From Hormiphora californensis (lineage: Eukaryota > Animalia > Ctenophora), in NCBI GenBank assembly GCA_020137815.1, contig CM035351.1:6944001-7008000 (forward strand): DNA of 64,000 bases. The letters are read 5' to 3'. The translations under genes were made by a program, and so were the position numbers. A model generated the notes under the pieces. It saw only the letters and a list, made by a program, of their open reading frames with translations. It searched no databases and had not been told where the DNA came from. Numbering within the stretch: the stretch's first letter is position 1; every line of letters begins with the position of its first letter. This document shows positions 26,764 through 64,000 of the stretch, piece after piece.

Positions 26764-28639
26764 ATGTCAGTAAGTGGAACTAAACAGTTTAAAGTTGTTC
26801 TGCTGGGGGAGGGATGTGTGGGGAAAACATCACTTGTACTAAGATACTGTCAGAATACCTTCAACGATAACCATCTCTCCACCCTACAGGTTAGTTAGTT
26901 AGGTAGTGTACCCTGATAGGTAGGTTGATAATTAAATGTAGCAACTTTAGGAATCTCATGTAGGATTCTAGATATTGACCATGTAGATGATATTTGAGAA
27001 CACCTGCCACTTCAACCAGCGTTGTACATTCCTACCATGCATGTAATATCAAATTGTCTCCACTAATCCATCCTCCTCCTCATATCCAGGCATCCTACCA
27101 AGACAAGAAGCTGAATATCGGGGGACAACGAGCTCACCTCTCTATATGGGTAGATAAAGAGATATATTTATATTCTCTATGTGTGTATGTAATGAGTTCT
27201 AACTAACGCTCCTAACTAACACAATCTCCATCTCTATGACAGGATACAGCGGGACAAGAGAGATTCCATGCACTGGGCCCAATCTACTACAGAGACAGGT
27301 TTACATGACCCCCCCCCCCGTTACATTATTTGGTTTTGTGTTCCTTCCTCGGCTTGTTCTCACATATATATGTTTGCTTGGGATTGAGTGTACCTGATAA
27401 GAGTCAAGTGTGAGGGAGAGAGAGAGAGAGAAAGAAAGAGTAAGGTGCTATTGGGTTACATGTGATGCAGTGTATGCAATGTCACTGAGAGATAGAGACA
27501 GTGCACAAAGCCACGCTAATGTGTAGCTGCTGCTACTAGACAAGTCCACTACAGCCATCTCTAATTGATGTGGTAGACAATCATAATACACATTACACAT
27601 GACCTATCTTACAACTCATTAAACCTAATTTTAACCCTAAGAGATGGGTTTAACCTCCCTTTGTTTAATCCCAACTAATTCTCAGTAATGGGGCAATACT
27701 CGTGTACGATATAACCGATGAAGACAGCTTTGCTAAGGTATGTGTTGTTGTTTGTGCCTCCCTCCCTCAGATGTAAGATACACGTTTCATCATGTGACCT
27801 TATAGAATAATTTGAACTGTCTTGCAGGTGAAGAACTGGGTACGAGAGCTGAGAAAGATGCTGGGAGACAATATAGAACTTTGTATAGCTGGTAGGTTAC
27901 ACCCCCCTCCCGGGTTACACCCAAATAGTAGTATCAATAGCACCCACCTGGTACAATGAACAATCACTGTCATTCTGTTTTCTACATGCTGCACTAACTT
28001 TTGTAAACTGATTGTAAACTTTTTCTCTTTCTTTAGGGAACAAGATAGATCTGGAAAAGAACAGGAAAGTCGACAAGGCCACAGCTATTCAGTAAGTCAA
28101 ACTTTGAGGATTCTAAACTTCTTCTTCGTGGTATTGTTGGGACCCGATCTGTTGCTAAATCATGATATCCCACTAGGTACGCACAGACGGTGGGAGCAAA
28201 GCACTATGATACATCAGCCAAGTTGGACAAGGGGGTTACAGATATGATGTTAGATCTAACTAAGCGTGAGTATTATCGTCTTTCAATGTGAATCACATGA
28301 ATATTTCCCGGTACGCGGTCTGCTGTAGCTTAGAGCTCCCTGTTTGTAGCGCGCGAGTAGTGCCGTGTAAAAAAGAGGGCGCTCTTTAACGCGCATTGCT
28401 ACGCGCGCACCAACCCAGGAAGCTGGAGTGCTCTCTCGATGTGAACCCTCGATCTGTTCTCAAGTACTTGTCCTAATCGCTCCTGTTCTAATCGCTCCAC
28501 CTTTAATCCAGGGATGTTGGCTCAGAGTAATGCAGCGAGTCAGACGAATGGCAAGCCATCTGGGAGGGCACGGCCACCTGTTGTAATACTGGACGAAGAT
28601 CAGAATGCTGCTGAGACTAGGCGGAAAGGGTGTTGCTGA
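26764..28639 (+). CDS. RAB21: Rab21 small GTPase
   Basis: Exons 26764-26889, 27090-27149, 27243-27298, 27686-27737, 27828-27891, 28037-28091, 28177-28265, 28512-28639. FKVVLLGEGCVGKTSLVLRY, WDTAGQERFHALGPIYYRDS, GNKID, C-terminal CC. Confidence 0.96.
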
Positions 28640-28856
28640 GAGAGGGGGTTGTACTGTGTGAAACTTTTTACCACTTGTTTTTGATCTTTTGTTTGTGAGT
28701 GTGAGATAAGAGCCTGTTTTATGAGAAATTGTTACATTATTTTTTCGCTATTTTCAACGAAGATCACTGCGTTTCGCCGGTACATTGTGTAATTGTACAT
28801 GATGTATGTTTGTACACACAACACACATACACACAAAGAGAGAGAGAGAGACAGAC

Positions 28857-28927
<71 letters not shown>

Positions 28928-29026
28928 ACACAGGTGTATTGCATCACTGTCACTAACTGTTTTCTTTGACAATCAGCCAGAACCCCTCCTCTTTGTAGCT
29001 ATGACAATGCAACATGTGGTAGACAG

Positions 29027-64000
<34,974 letters not shown>

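Overview
Eukaryotic (animal) genomic DNA with short GT-AG introns and many (AG)n microsatellites. Gene style and repeat content recall a cydippid ctenophore (Pleurobrachia-like), but this is inference and cannot be verified here. The left half (1-30.6 kb) is gene-dense. It holds the 3' half of talin (+), a minus-strand run of TTC8/BBS8, a DUF885 gene, TALPID3-like and sideroflexin-2-like (with a ~2.2-kb tandem duplication), and a divergent plus-strand run of DHRS4, HMGCL, RAB21 and TMEM245. The main observation is in TMEM245: one intron (30630-62605) is a 100-nt intron interrupted by a single 31.9-kb unit. That unit is bounded by ~115-130-bp terminal inverted repeats (CAC...GTG ends) and an exact 5-bp target duplication (ACTAT). 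It has no recognisable transposase but carries an intact sulfotransferase-like ORF (in its own TIR element), a TE-interrupted GPCR, a near-intact TRPA-like channel gene and many nested non-autonomous elements. Secondary findings: a candidate tail-anchor terminal exon and an intronic acidic ORF in talin, repeated tandem amplification of splice signals, 61-82-bp mobile elements with 9-bp TSDs, and an operon-like layout with splice acceptors just upstream of most start codons.
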